Assembly: GCA_040880725.1 (NCBI GenBank)
Contig: JBBDHV010000031.1
Coordinates: 9,652-73,651 of the forward strand
Direction of reading: 5' to 3'
From: Acidimicrobiia bacterium
GTDB taxonomy: Bacteria > Actinomycetota > Acidimicrobiia > Spongiisociales > ZC4RG35
DNA length: 64,000 nucleotides
Part shown: piece after piece, positions 27,452 through 35,488 of the stretch
How the letters are laid out: each line of letters starts with the position of its first letter
How positions within the stretch are numbered: the first letter of the stretch is position 1
Made by a program: the position numbers and the translations under genes
The notes under the pieces: generated by a model
Databases searched by the model: none
Seen by the model: only the letters and a program-made list of their open reading frames with translations
What the model was told of the DNA's origin: nothing

Positions 27452-28276
27452 ATGAGCACCCAACGCACCCACTACGTGACCACCACCGACGGCGTCACCA
27501 TCGGTGGAACCGTACACGGCGAGGGGCCTCCGCTCGTGTTCCTGCAAGGGTCCATCGGCGATGGAGACCTCGATTGGCAAGCTGTGGTGGGGCACATGAC
27601 CAGCCGGTTCACTTGCCATCTGCCGAGCATGCGAGGCCGTGGCCTCAGTAGCGACCACCCCGATCTCAGCTTCGGTCCGGTCGTCGAAGACTTCCTCGCG
27701 TACGTCGACAGCATCGGGGAACCAACCGGACTGGTGGGTTGGTCCGCCCCGTATGGACTTGTCGCAGCGGCGCAGTCAGACGCCGTGGCCGCGGTGGCCT
27801 ACTTCGAGTCTTCGATGCTGAGCCTGATGGACGAGCAGGAACATGTGACTGTCGGCGCCATCTTCGCCCGCACGGGCGAGCTGGCCGCCGAAGGCAGATT
27901 GGTGGATGCGGCCCGGGCTTTCGCTGGTTTTCCCTTCAATGATGAGGAGATCGCCGTGCTCGAAGGCGCCGGCTACCTCGAGGCCGCAGGGCGCTACGTC
28001 CCGAACCTGCTCAACCACCTCCAGAAGGTGATGGAGCAGGGAGACCCCATCGCTGATCCGGCCGTGCTTGACGCAATTTCCGTTCCGGTGTTGGTGCTCC
28101 ACGGATCGGACACCAAGCGACTCTTCGCCTCCAGCGCGCAGACTGTGACCGACCGCGTCCCCGACGCCCGGGAGCAGAAGATCGCCGGCGCCGGGCACGC
28201 CGGCCCCCTCACCCATCCCGAGGCGCTCGCCGAAGCCTTCGCGGAGTTCTTCTCGTCAATTCAACAGCCGGCCTGA
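27452..28276 (+). CDS. Alpha/beta-fold hydrolase (paralog A)
   Basis: Start at MSTQRTHYV. PPLVFLQGS, nucleophile elbow GWSAPYG, LVLHGSDT, GAGHAGPLTHP. By eye about 60% identical to 36634..37464. Confidence 0.8.
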   Translation: MSTQRTHYVTTTDGVTIGGTVHGEGPPLVFLQGSIGDGDLDWQAVVGHMTSRFTCHLPSMRGRGLSSDHPDLSFGPVVEDFLAYVDSIGEPTGLVGWSAPYGLVAAAQSDAVAAVAYFESSMLSLMDEQEHVTVGAIFARTGELAAEGRLVDAARAFAGFPFNDEEIAVLEGAGYLEAAGRYVPNLLNHLQKVMEQGDPIADPAVLDAISVPVLVLHGSDTKRLFASSAQTVTDRVPDAREQKIAGAGHAGPLTHPEALAEAFAEFFSSIQQPA

Positions 28277-28309
28277 CCCTGGTCACGGACCGGCCCCCAC
28301 TAGGGAGTA

Positions 28310-28768
28310 ATGACCATGGCCGAACGACATCTCACCGTGCGACGACGAGTCGCCGCGTCCCCAAACTCGATCTGGGAGGTGTTCGCGGATTTCCCGAACC
28401 TGGCGGACCACTGGGATGGCCTCAGGGCCTCTCGAGGGGTCGGAGACCAAACCCAGGGGGTAGGCGCACGCCGTCAGGTGGATCTGGTGCCTCTTGGCAC
28501 ACTGGATGAAACCGTCACCGCCTGGGAAGAACGGCGCACCATCGCTACTGCGAATCAGCCATCTGCTCTCGTCCCGTTCAAGCAGGCCGAATCCCGACTC
28601 ACCATCGAGCCCGATGGAGACGGGACCTTGATCACATTCGACTACCGGTATGTGCCACGGGGTGGCCCCATCGGCCGACTGACCGGTCCCGTGATCGACA
28701 TGATGCTGAAAAACAACTTCGAAAGCATGCTGGCCGCCGTCGAGACCGCCGCCCGCAACGCGGGCTGA
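28310..28768 (+). CDS. SRPBCC (START/polyketide-cyclase-like) family protein
   Basis: 152 aa; ...ASPNSIWEVFADFPNLADHW... is typical of the SRPBCC ligand-binding fold. Confidence 0.7.
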   Translation: MTMAERHLTVRRRVAASPNSIWEVFADFPNLADHWDGLRASRGVGDQTQGVGARRQVDLVPLGTLDETVTAWEERRTIATANQPSALVPFKQAESRLTIEPDGDGTLITFDYRYVPRGGPIGRLTGPVIDMMLKNNFESMLAAVETAARNAG

Positions 28769-28815
28769 AATATGCGCGATGCCAACGCCCAGCGAGCACT
28801 TGGCGGGTTGGCCCC

Positions 28816-29298
28816 CTATGTCCAGATCATCTCGCCTTTGTCGTCGAGTTCGCCAGTGGGATGGAGACCGAGCTTGGTGGCGACGGCGATGGATGCTGAA
28901 TGGTCGGGATGGATGTGGGCTGTGAACCGGACGACGCCCTGGCCGGCCAGCCAGTTCCGCATCGCCACGCTCGCCTCGGTGGCGTAGCCCGAGGCCTTGC
29001 CGGGGAGTGGCGACAACCCATGCCAGGTCGGCGCTCTCACCCGTCACGGTGGCCTGCACGTATCCGATGGCAGTGCCGTCGAGTCGGAGGATTCAGTTGT
29101 GCCGGGTTTCATCGTCATGGGGGCAGCCCATCGATTGGTGCCGATAGATCTCCTCGAGTCGGCCGAGCGCGGGCGGTTCGCCGCCGGTGAAGGTGTACAG
29201 GACAGGGTCGGAGAGCACGTCGACCATGCAGCCGCGTCAGCGGTTTGCAGTGGGGCCAGGGCCAGCCGTGTGGTTCGGAGTGGTTCGGTCCCCGTCAT
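28816..29298 (-). pseudogene. GNAT (RimJ/RimL-like) N-acetyltransferase with two frameshifts and one in-frame stop
   Basis: Family-like sequence sits in three frames. First: MTGTEPLRTTRLALAPLQTADAAA. Second: MVDVLSDPVLYTFTGGEPPALGRLEEIYRHQSMGCPHDDETRHN-TGA-ILRLDGTAIGYVQATVTGESADLAWVVATP. Third: GKASGYATEASVAMRNWLAGQGVVRFTAHIHPDHSASIAVATKLGL... Confidence 0.65.
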
Positions 29299-29574
29299 CG
29301 AACCTAATGCTCGCAGATAGAGACGAAGCACGTCCCGAAGCCGCTCGACTCCAGGAGAAGGGAAGTCGATCCGCGAGGCGAGGTCGCCCGAACGACGACA
29401 CCCTCGTTCGGCTCCACATCGCGCGTCCGTTGACGTCCACACCGATCCGCACGCGTCGCCGCAGCGCATTCAAGGTTGCGCTCTCGATCGGAAAGGCCGT
29501 CTCCTTCTCCCCTGGCCGGGACGATCACGGATTGCGTGCCCTTCCGTCACTATTTCGTATTACGATATTGTGAT

Positions 29575-29838
29575 GTGGAGATCCACTGGTCGGCTCGTAA
29601 GCACGGAAATCCTCGACGCCGTCATCCTCCACGCCTGGACAATGCCCTCACTGTCATCGACCTCGATCGAGACGCCGACCCACCCAAGGTTCTGGCAATC
29701 GGACCCGACCACTCCGGCAATTTGCTGGAGATCAGTTGGCTTGGGCTCGCCGACGACGTCAACCTCGTGATCCACGCAATGCCTCTACGCCCGACCGTCT
29801 ACGACCTGCTCCCACAGACCAGCGACGACATGCCGTGA
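29575..29838 (+). CDS. Putative small toxin component paired with an RHH antitoxin
   Basis: 87 aa from GTG: VEIHWSARKHG...LAIGPDHSGNLLE...LVIHAMPLRP. GTGA overlap with the downstream RHH gene. Preceded by AT-rich DNA and the palindrome TCGTAtTACGA (29555-29565). Family is not confidently named. Confidence 0.4.
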   Translation: MEIHWSARKHGNPRRRHPPRLDNALTVIDLDRDADPPKVLAIGPDHSGNLLEISWLGLADDVNLVIHAMPLRPTVYDLLPQTSDDMP

Positions 29839-30116
29839 CCGAACCGACGACCCATCGCACCAGAAGCGGCCGCATCCTCACCGACGAGGAGATCGACGCC
29901 CTCTCAGCCGAGGTCGCCGAGACCGACTACGACGCCGAGGCCCTCAAGACTCGGCGTCGGGGTCGACCCCCGATGGGGTCGGGTCCGGCCGATGTCGTGC
30001 CGGTTCGCATCGACCCCGAGTTGCGGGCGGCGATCGAAGCGCGCGCCAAATCCGAGCACACCACCGCCAGCGAGATCATCCGCGAGGCGATCCGGAGGTT
30101 CCTAGCGGTCGCCTGA
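29835..30116 (+). CDS. Ribbon-helix-helix (CopG-like) antitoxin
   Basis: ...RRRGRPPMGSGPADVVPVRIDPELRAAIEARAKSEHTTASEIIREAIRRFL shows the beta-strand-helix-helix pattern of RHH antitoxins. Confidence 0.6.
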   Translation: MTEPTTHRTRSGRILTDEEIDALSAEVAETDYDAEALKTRRRGRPPMGSGPADVVPVRIDPELRAAIEARAKSEHTTASEIIREAIRRFLAVA

Positions 30117-30189
30117 CCGAATGACAGTGGCTTCGGCTCGCCACGCATGGCGCGCATTCAGGCGTCCCACGCGACCTCGGCCAAGGTCG

Positions 30190-30320
30190 CGTCGGGGAAG
30201 GAACCGTTCGCCGAGGCGTTCTGCGACTTGACGGCCGGCTTCGGTGCTGGCCTGGGTGTAGATGCCCGAGGGTGGGCCTGGGGTCGGTGTGGCCGAGCCG
30301 GGTTCTGTTCGGATCGGGAG
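30190..30320 (-). pseudogene. C-terminal remnant of a tyrosine recombinase/integrase
   Basis: Minus-strand translation in two adjacent frames: ...NRTRLGHTDPRPTLG then IYTQASTEAGRQVAERLGERF. This resembles the LGH...T...Y (catalytic Tyr) box and tail of phage-type integrases. No N-terminal part is present. Confidence 0.45.
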
Positions 30321-30355
30321 AGCGGGTCTCGCGGAGGTTTCGAGCTAACCCAGAG

Positions 30356-30943
30356 CTAACCCGACAGGGTGTTCGCTGGCCACGAGGTTGAGTCTCCGGT
30401 CGGTGTCGTGTATTCCGCGCCTCTCACGTACCAGCGTTCCCCGACGCGCTCGGTCTGGACGACCACCTCGCCGCCGTCGACGGTTTCGACCGAGAACTCC
30501 TTGGGCTCGGCAGATCTCACATCCGATCGGCTGGGGAAGTCGAACAACAGAGCACTGTTGGTGTCTGCGAGGAGCATCAGCTGGTCGAAGGCGAACCACC
30601 TGTCGTGAGACTCGGTAGTGCGGAAGTTGAGCTCGCTCGACCATTGGGCTTCGAAGTCGTCGAATGCTGCGGTGTCCACGATGCTCCCGTCGTCGAAGAA
30701 AGAGAACGCCCTCCACGTGTGTGCTTGGGCGTCCCGATGGAGGAGGAGCCACACGTCGAGAAAGTTGTCAGCCGCATAAGCCTCGACAAAGTGCGTGACA
30801 GCGGCCTCAGGGCTGCTGAGGTCGAGCGACTCGTAGTAGGTCCGAGCCTGGGGTTGATCGCGCGAACACGCTGCCATGAGCAGACCGAGTAACACCACGA
30901 GGACGGCAATCCCTCTGAGTGAGCTACCAGGTACCACGGTCAC
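30356..30943 (-). CDS. Lipoprotein of unknown function
   Basis: Signal peptide plus lipobox VLLGLLMAAC. 195 aa with no recognisable domain. Confidence 0.55.
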   Translation of the reverse strand: MTVVPGSSLRGIAVLVVLLGLLMAACSRDQPQARTYYESLDLSSPEAAVTHFVEAYAADNFLDVWLLLHRDAQAHTWRAFSFFDDGSIVDTAAFDDFEAQWSSELNFRTTESHDRWFAFDQLMLLADTNSALLFDFPSRSDVRSAEPKEFSVETVDGGEVVVQTERVGERWYVRGAEYTTPTGDSTSWPANTLSG

Positions 30944-31252
30944 TGTTCCACCCCTCTCGCGGCTGTGCCGACATGTGATCTGTCGTTCTCGCTCCCATCA
31001 TCGTTGTTCGCCGATCCGCGCGATTGGGTTCCGACGGCACGGCGAGTCATCAAACCCTCAGTCAATGTCCGCACACAGACCTAGTCGCATGAACACAGCT
31101 CGCTTGGGGACATGCCTCGGAAGAAGCGGCCAGACCACGGCTCGAATGGAGCTGAAAGGAGAGTTTCATTCGGGGACCACGTTAATAAAGCAATCCGTCA
31201 CTCGCTTTAGTAAGATGGGGGACTCTGAAAGTCGACCTTCGCAAACACCAGC

Positions 31253-32443
31253 ATGCAGCCTGACGCCTTCACATCGGATGAGCGTGGGACCGTGCGCCGG
31301 ACGCTCGACGGATACTGGGCGTTCTTTCCTCACCCGGTACCCCGGCGTCTCGACTTGTCTCCAGTCACGGTCAAGCTGCTGGACGAGGCAACCGGTGCAG
31401 TGCACCGTCTTGGAGGGGTGGGCAGGCTCGTACCCAATCCCCACCTCCTGATTGGCCCGCATCTTCGGTTGGAGGCGGTGCTGAGCTCGCGGATCGAAGG
31501 CACCAAGACCGACGTGTCCCAGCTACTCCGCTTCGAGGCCGGTCAGGTGCTCGGAGGCGAGGAGGCCGATGATGCACAAGAGGTTGGGAACTACGTGGTG
31601 GCGATGGAGCACGGCCTCCAACGGGCGGCCGAGGGGTTCCCGATGTCGGTGCGGCTGCTGCGTGAGATGCATGGGCTGCTCCTGTCGGGGGTTCGGGGTC
31701 AGCATCGACGGCCCGGTGATCTGCGAGAGTCACCGGTCTGGATCGGCGGGAGCACGCTCGAAAGTGCTGTGTTCGTTCCACCCCCTCCGGACGCGATCAG
31801 CGCGGCACTCACTGACCTGGAGCGATTCCTCCACGAGACCGACATGCCACTGTTGGTCCAACTGGCGATTGCTCACTACCAGTTCGAGGTCATCCATCCC
31901 TTCCTCGATGGGAACGGGCGAATCGGTCGTCTCCTGATCCCGGTGATGTTGGTGTTGCGGGGAGCCCTGACTCAGCCGCTGCTCTATCTGTCTGTCTACT
32001 TCAACCAGTACCGCACCCAGTACTACGACCATCTCCTGGCCACCAGCCAGAACGGCGACCTCACACCCTGGATCGACTTCTTTCTCCGTGGTGTTCGCCA
32101 ACAGGCACGCGACGCTGAAGAGAGGACCGTACGGCTCGTCGAACTCCAGTCGCGCCTCCGCAGCGAGCTGCTCGACGAAGGTCGGCCCAACTCAGTCGTA
32201 CGACTCGCCGACCAGCTCTTCTCGGTGCCGATCGTCACCGCGGCTCGAGTGGAGCACCTCCTCGGGGTCACTCGCCCAACTGCCCAGGCCGCCATCGATG
32301 CGCTCATGGAGCGGGGGGAGCTGGCCGAGGTCACCGGCCGGGAGCGAAACCGGATCTACGAGTCGTCCCGAATCTTTGACGCGGTGTATGGCCCCGTGGA
32401 GGTTCCAGAGGCTGCAGACAAGCCACGGCTCGACCTCGAGTGA
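31253..32443 (+). CDS. Class II Fic-family protein (AMPylase-like) with C-terminal winged-helix
   Basis: Fic motif HPFLDGNGRIGR and N-terminal inhibitory motif SSRIEG ((S/T)xxxE(G/N)). 396 aa. Confidence 0.9.
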   Translation: MQPDAFTSDERGTVRRTLDGYWAFFPHPVPRRLDLSPVTVKLLDEATGAVHRLGGVGRLVPNPHLLIGPHLRLEAVLSSRIEGTKTDVSQLLRFEAGQVLGGEEADDAQEVGNYVVAMEHGLQRAAEGFPMSVRLLREMHGLLLSGVRGQHRRPGDLRESPVWIGGSTLESAVFVPPPPDAISAALTDLERFLHETDMPLLVQLAIAHYQFEVIHPFLDGNGRIGRLLIPVMLVLRGALTQPLLYLSVYFNQYRTQYYDHLLATSQNGDLTPWIDFFLRGVRQQARDAEERTVRLVELQSRLRSELLDEGRPNSVVRLADQLFSVPIVTAARVEHLLGVTRPTAQAAIDALMERGELAEVTGRERNRIYESSRIFDAVYGPVEVPEAADKPRLDLE

Positions 32444-32563
32444 TCCATCGCGCGCCCATCGCGCGTGCACAGGCGTCTACGGCAGTCCGGAACAGTCTCC
32501 GCAGCGCTGAGACCTGGGGTTTCGGTCCGCAATGGTCCACCTCGATCCAAACCGGGAGCCTTT

Positions 32564-32675
32564 GGGACGCTGAGGTCATGGGTTCAAGTCCCACCGTCCC
32601 GACTCAGAGAAACACCAGGTCAGCCGCTCTTCGGGGCGGTCCTCTGGTTTTGTGAGGCCGGTTTCCCCGCGCGTC
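32564..32675 (+). repeat. Direct repeat DR2 (partial tRNA-Pro 3' half + terminator copy)
   Basis: GGGACGCTGAGGTCaTGGGTTCAAGTCCCACCGTCCCGACTCAGAGAAACACCAGGTCAG... matches 23142-23254 with a few substitutions and a rearranged terminator loop. Upstream sequence lacks an acceptor 5' strand and D arm, so this is not a functional tRNA. Confidence 0.8.
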
Positions 32676-32698
32676 CACCTTCCGAAGAGTCCGTTTTC

Positions 32699-32860
32699 TC
32701 AGCCGGGCCGGTAGACGTCGCCGCGATGTCCCACCCTCAACACGATGACCTCGTGGCGGTCGTCATCAATCCGGTAGAGGATTCGATACGTCCCGCGCCA
32801 GGCGCTCCACGCCTTCCAGCTCGCCTCGTAGAGAGGCTCCGACCCTCCCGAGATGAGGAC
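32699..32860 (-). pseudogene. relE/parE remnant (frameshifted, 5' part replaced)
   Basis: ...WSAWRGTYRILYRIDDDRHEVIVLRVGHRGDVYRPG matches the intact RelE at 23970. A 1-nt indel (ccttcCag vs ccttcag) breaks the frame upstream. Confidence 0.6.
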
Positions 32861-32906
32861 CGATGCCGTCCTTCTCGGCTGCATTGCGATTCGTTATGCT
32901 TTCCGT

Positions 32907-33155
32907 ATGACACAGCTCGTCGCCCGCATTGACAACGACCTGGCCGAGAGTATCGACCAGCTCGTCGCCGAAGGAGTCGTGGAATCTCGCTCGGACGCCG
33001 TCCGCAAGGGCCTCCAGGCGCTCATCGAACAAACCCGACGCCGCCGCACCGCTGAGGCGATCATCACCGGCTACACGGATCATCCCCAGACCGCAGACGA
33101 GGTCGCGTGGGCAGACCAGGCGACGGTACGGATGATCGCTGACGAACCATGGTGA
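32907..33155 (+). CDS. Ribbon-helix-helix antitoxin (MazE/CopG-like)
   Basis: MTQLVARIDNDLAESIDQLVAEGVVESRSDAVRKGLQALI. Overlaps the downstream PemK/MazF gene by 7 nt. Confidence 0.7.
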   Translation: MTQLVARIDNDLAESIDQLVAEGVVESRSDAVRKGLQALIEQTRRRRTAEAIITGYTDHPQTADEVAWADQATVRMIADEPW

Positions 33156-33460
33156 CACCCCGCCAAGGCGACATCTGGTGGGCCGAAGCCGAAGACAAGC
33201 GGCGACCTGTTCTGGTGGTGTCACGGTCCGAAGCCATCCCCGTGCTCAACTGGATCCTGGTCGCGCCCCTCACCCGAACCATTCGCGGCATCCCGACCGA
33301 AATCCATCTCGACCAAGACCACGGTGTCGACACACCCTGCGCGGCTGCCTTCGACAACCTCCAGCCCATCGGCAAGACATTCCTGACCTCACGAATCGGC
33401 TCGTTGCCGTTTCCGCGCCAAGAGATCTGCCGGACGCTCGCAGCCCTGGCCGACTGCTAG
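33149..33460 (+). CDS. PemK/MazF-family toxin
   Basis: PRQGDIWWAEAEDKRRPVLVVS...LVAPLTRTIRGIPTEIHL... is characteristic of MazF/PemK. Confidence 0.85.
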   Translation: MVTPRQGDIWWAEAEDKRRPVLVVSRSEAIPVLNWILVAPLTRTIRGIPTEIHLDQDHGVDTPCAAAFDNLQPIGKTFLTSRIGSLPFPRQEICRTLAALADC

Positions 33461-33592
33461 CGACGCTGTCGCCAGCGGGCGCCGGCGGTCGGCTCGTTGG
33501 ACTGATCTGGTCGACGTTGACTACTGGCCGGGCCGAGCCAAGCCCATTGGACGCCTGGGTCACCTGTCGATGGCTTGCCCGTTGTGCCGATC

Positions 33593-33762
33593 GAGCTCGA
33601 GTGGAGCACCTCGTCGGGGGCACTTGCCCAACTGCCCAGGCCGCCATCGATGCCCTCGTAGAGCGGGGGGAGCTGGCCGAGGTCACCGGCCGGGAGCGCG
33701 AAACCGGATCTACGAATCGTTCCGAATCTTTGACGCGGTGCACGGCCCCGGGGAGGTTACGT
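33593..33762 (+). pseudogene. Remnant of fic 3' end
   Basis: Nucleotide and amino-acid similarity to 32243-32410 (VEHLVGGTCPTAQAAIDALVERGELAEVTGRER vs VEHLLGVTRPTAQAAIDALMERGELAEVTGRER). A 2-nt indel (gggagcgCGaaacc) breaks the frame. Confidence 0.6.
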
Positions 33763-33792
33763 CGTGGGCGAAGCTGGCGTCCCGTGCGCTGA

Positions 33793-34176
33793 TCAGCCCT
33801 TCGGGGATCTCTGGCTGGTGATCAGCCGGCCCGCGATCTGTTCAACGGCGAGCCGTCCCTCGGCGACGTCGAGAACGAGTCCGAATGCCTCGTCGTCACC
33901 GAGATCGACGTTCTCCCCGTTGATGTCCAGGAAGACGGTGGTCGCCAGCCATCCGAGACGCTTGTTCCCGTCCACCAACGAGCGATTGGCCACTATCGAG
34001 TGCAACAGTGCCGCCGCTTTGAGTTGGAGAGTCGGATACGCATCGTCTCCAAATGCACTCGAACGAGGTCGGGACGCCGCAGAGTCGAGAAGGCCCAGAT
34101 CTCGTACGGGCCCGGCGCGAAGACGGCGCACGAGACCGAGGAGGTCTTCGAGCGTGAGATACTCGACCTCGGTCAC
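33793..34176 (-). CDS. doc: Doc (death-on-curing) family toxin
   Basis: Fic/Doc core HSIVANRSLVDGNKRLGW. GTG start with GTGA overlap on the upstream antitoxin stop. Confidence 0.85.
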   Translation of the reverse strand: MTEVEYLTLEDLLGLVRRLRAGPVRDLGLLDSAASRPRSSAFGDDAYPTLQLKAAALLHSIVANRSLVDGNKRLGWLATTVFLDINGENVDLGDDEAFGLVLDVAEGRLAVEQIAGRLITSQRSPKG

Positions 34177-34388
34177 ACCGAGCCGAGTCGATCGAGGACG
34201 TCGCCCCACCGCTCGATCATCCGATCGGTGCTGTCGGCAGCCTTCCTGGCATGACCAGCACGCTCGTATCGGTCGAGGACCGCCCGCCGGATGATCTCCT
34301 GCCTGGACAGGCCCTCATTCTTGACGAGCTCGTCGAGAACCCGTTCGAGTTCTTCGTCAGTACGAAGTGTGAACGCCATGGGCCGCAT
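34173..34388 (-). CDS. Phd-position RHH antitoxin
   Basis: MAFTLRTDEELERVLDELVKNEGLSRQEIIRRAVLDRYE shows the RHH pattern. Translationally coupled to doc. Confidence 0.7.
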   Translation of the reverse strand: MRPMAFTLRTDEELERVLDELVKNEGLSRQEIIRRAVLDRYERAGHARKAADSTDRMIERWGDVLDRLGSV

Positions 34389-34507
34389 GGTATCACAACG
34401 GTATCGTCCACGATCGGACGGCCCGGGGGTTCAGGCCGAACGCACCAGGCGAAGTGCATCACGGATGGACAGAGATCATCTCAGTCCTGCCTGGCCGGGG
34501 GTAGTGG

Positions 34508-35488
34508 TCACCCGGGAGGAGGGACCGTCGGCGCGCCAGGTTCCTGAGCGATGCGTTCATCTACGACCATCACGAAGACGGCACCCCACTGCAAGTCGAC
34601 AACGGGTTGGTAGCAATCGGAGACGAGGCGCTGATCCACCGATGTGAACTCGACGCGGAGCCAACTCGTCCCGAGGTTCTTCACGGCTTCATCAGCGAGG
34701 GCACTGGCTTGCTCGTAGTCGAAGCAGTGGTTGTGGGACGCTCCCGTGAGGGCAATCTCGAGATGGCGGGTCCGGTTGATCTTGTCCAGATCGAGGTCGT
34801 CAGTCAGAACGACCTCGTTGGTCGTGTCGAGCACCTCCGTGGCGCAATCCGCCTGCCAGCCGAGCACAACAGGAAAGCCCGGATGTGTCTCGTCGACATC
34901 ACCTGAGAGCACCCGGAACTCACCGCTGTCCAGCCACTGCTCGTACTCCGTTCTGGCGAAGACTCCGCGGCAGAAGGTGAGTGTTTCAGGTGGAGCATCC
35001 AGCATCCGCGCCGAGTCGTTGCCTGTCGCGCACTCGTCTGTGAGTGCCTCGAACGAGAGGTCCTCTTCGATGGGGAACTCCGATGCCAGGGTGTCCGCCC
35101 CCGGCCCGCCCTCGTGGAGACACCACACGGCCTCACTTCGGAGAGAGTGTCGCCACCCGGGGAGATGGACCTCCGCTGACGCGTCGGTGAGTGCGTCGAA
35201 GACGGCGAAGTCGTCGTTGTCGAGGGTGAGCCAGCTCGGGTCGATGGTCCATACGGGCGCGCTTGGTGCGGGAGCTCCACCGGCGACATCACCGTCGGAA
35301 GTGCGGGTCGACAGCATCGGCAGGACGAAGAGCGCCATGACGGATGCGAAGGCCGCGACAGCGGCGACGAGTTTCGGCGTTGGTCTGCGTCGGCGGGCTG
35401 CGACGATTTCCCCGACTCGTCGATTGACTTTCGTGGACTCGGCGACGCGGTCGAGTGTTTCCCGGAGACGATCGTCCAGGTCGTTCAT
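34508..35488 (-). CDS. Putative anti-sigma factor: single-pass membrane protein with Cys-containing extracytoplasmic domain
   Basis: ATGA overlap with the ECF sigma stop. N-terminal cytoplasmic helix, TM VAAVAAFASVMALFVLPML, and a ~260-aa outside domain with 6 Cys and no recognisable family. Confidence 0.45.
   Translation of the reverse strand: MNDLDDRLRETLDRVAESTKVNRRVGEIVAARRRRPTPKLVAAVAAFASVMALFVLPMLSTRTSDGDVAGGAPAPSAPVWTIDPSWLTLDNDDFAVFDALTDASAEVHLPGWRHSLRSEAVWCLHEGGPGADTLASEFPIEEDLSFEALTDECATGNDSARMLDAPPETLTFCRGVFARTEYEQWLDSGEFRVLSGDVDETHPGFPVVLGWQADCATEVLDTTNEVVLTDDLDLDKINRTRHLEIALTGASHNHCFDYEQASALADEAVKNLGTSWLRVEFTSVDQRLVSDCYQPVVDLQWGAVFVMVVDERIAQEPGAPTVPPPG

Larger units (their letters stand above)
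23181..32675. mobile_element. Decayed integrative island A at tRNA-Pro (no intact integrase)
   Basis: Bounded by DR1 and DR2. Cargo is TA cassettes, Fic, a regulator, pseudogenes and a tyrosine-integrase C-terminal remnant. Confidence 0.6.

Noticed and set aside
30876-31451. 191-aa ORF spanning the lipoprotein-fic intergenic region.
   Set aside because: It overlaps both flanking gene ends, and its Ser/Arg/Thr-rich translation has no domain features. The region is better explained as the lower-GC fic promoter region.
32529-32602. A second tRNA-Pro gene.
   Set aside because: Only the 3' part (anticodon-loop 3' side, variable loop, T arm, acceptor 3' strand) is present. The 5' region has no acceptor strand or D arm, and the anticodon stem cannot pair (GAGCC vs CGCTG). 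Interpreted as an att-site duplicate.
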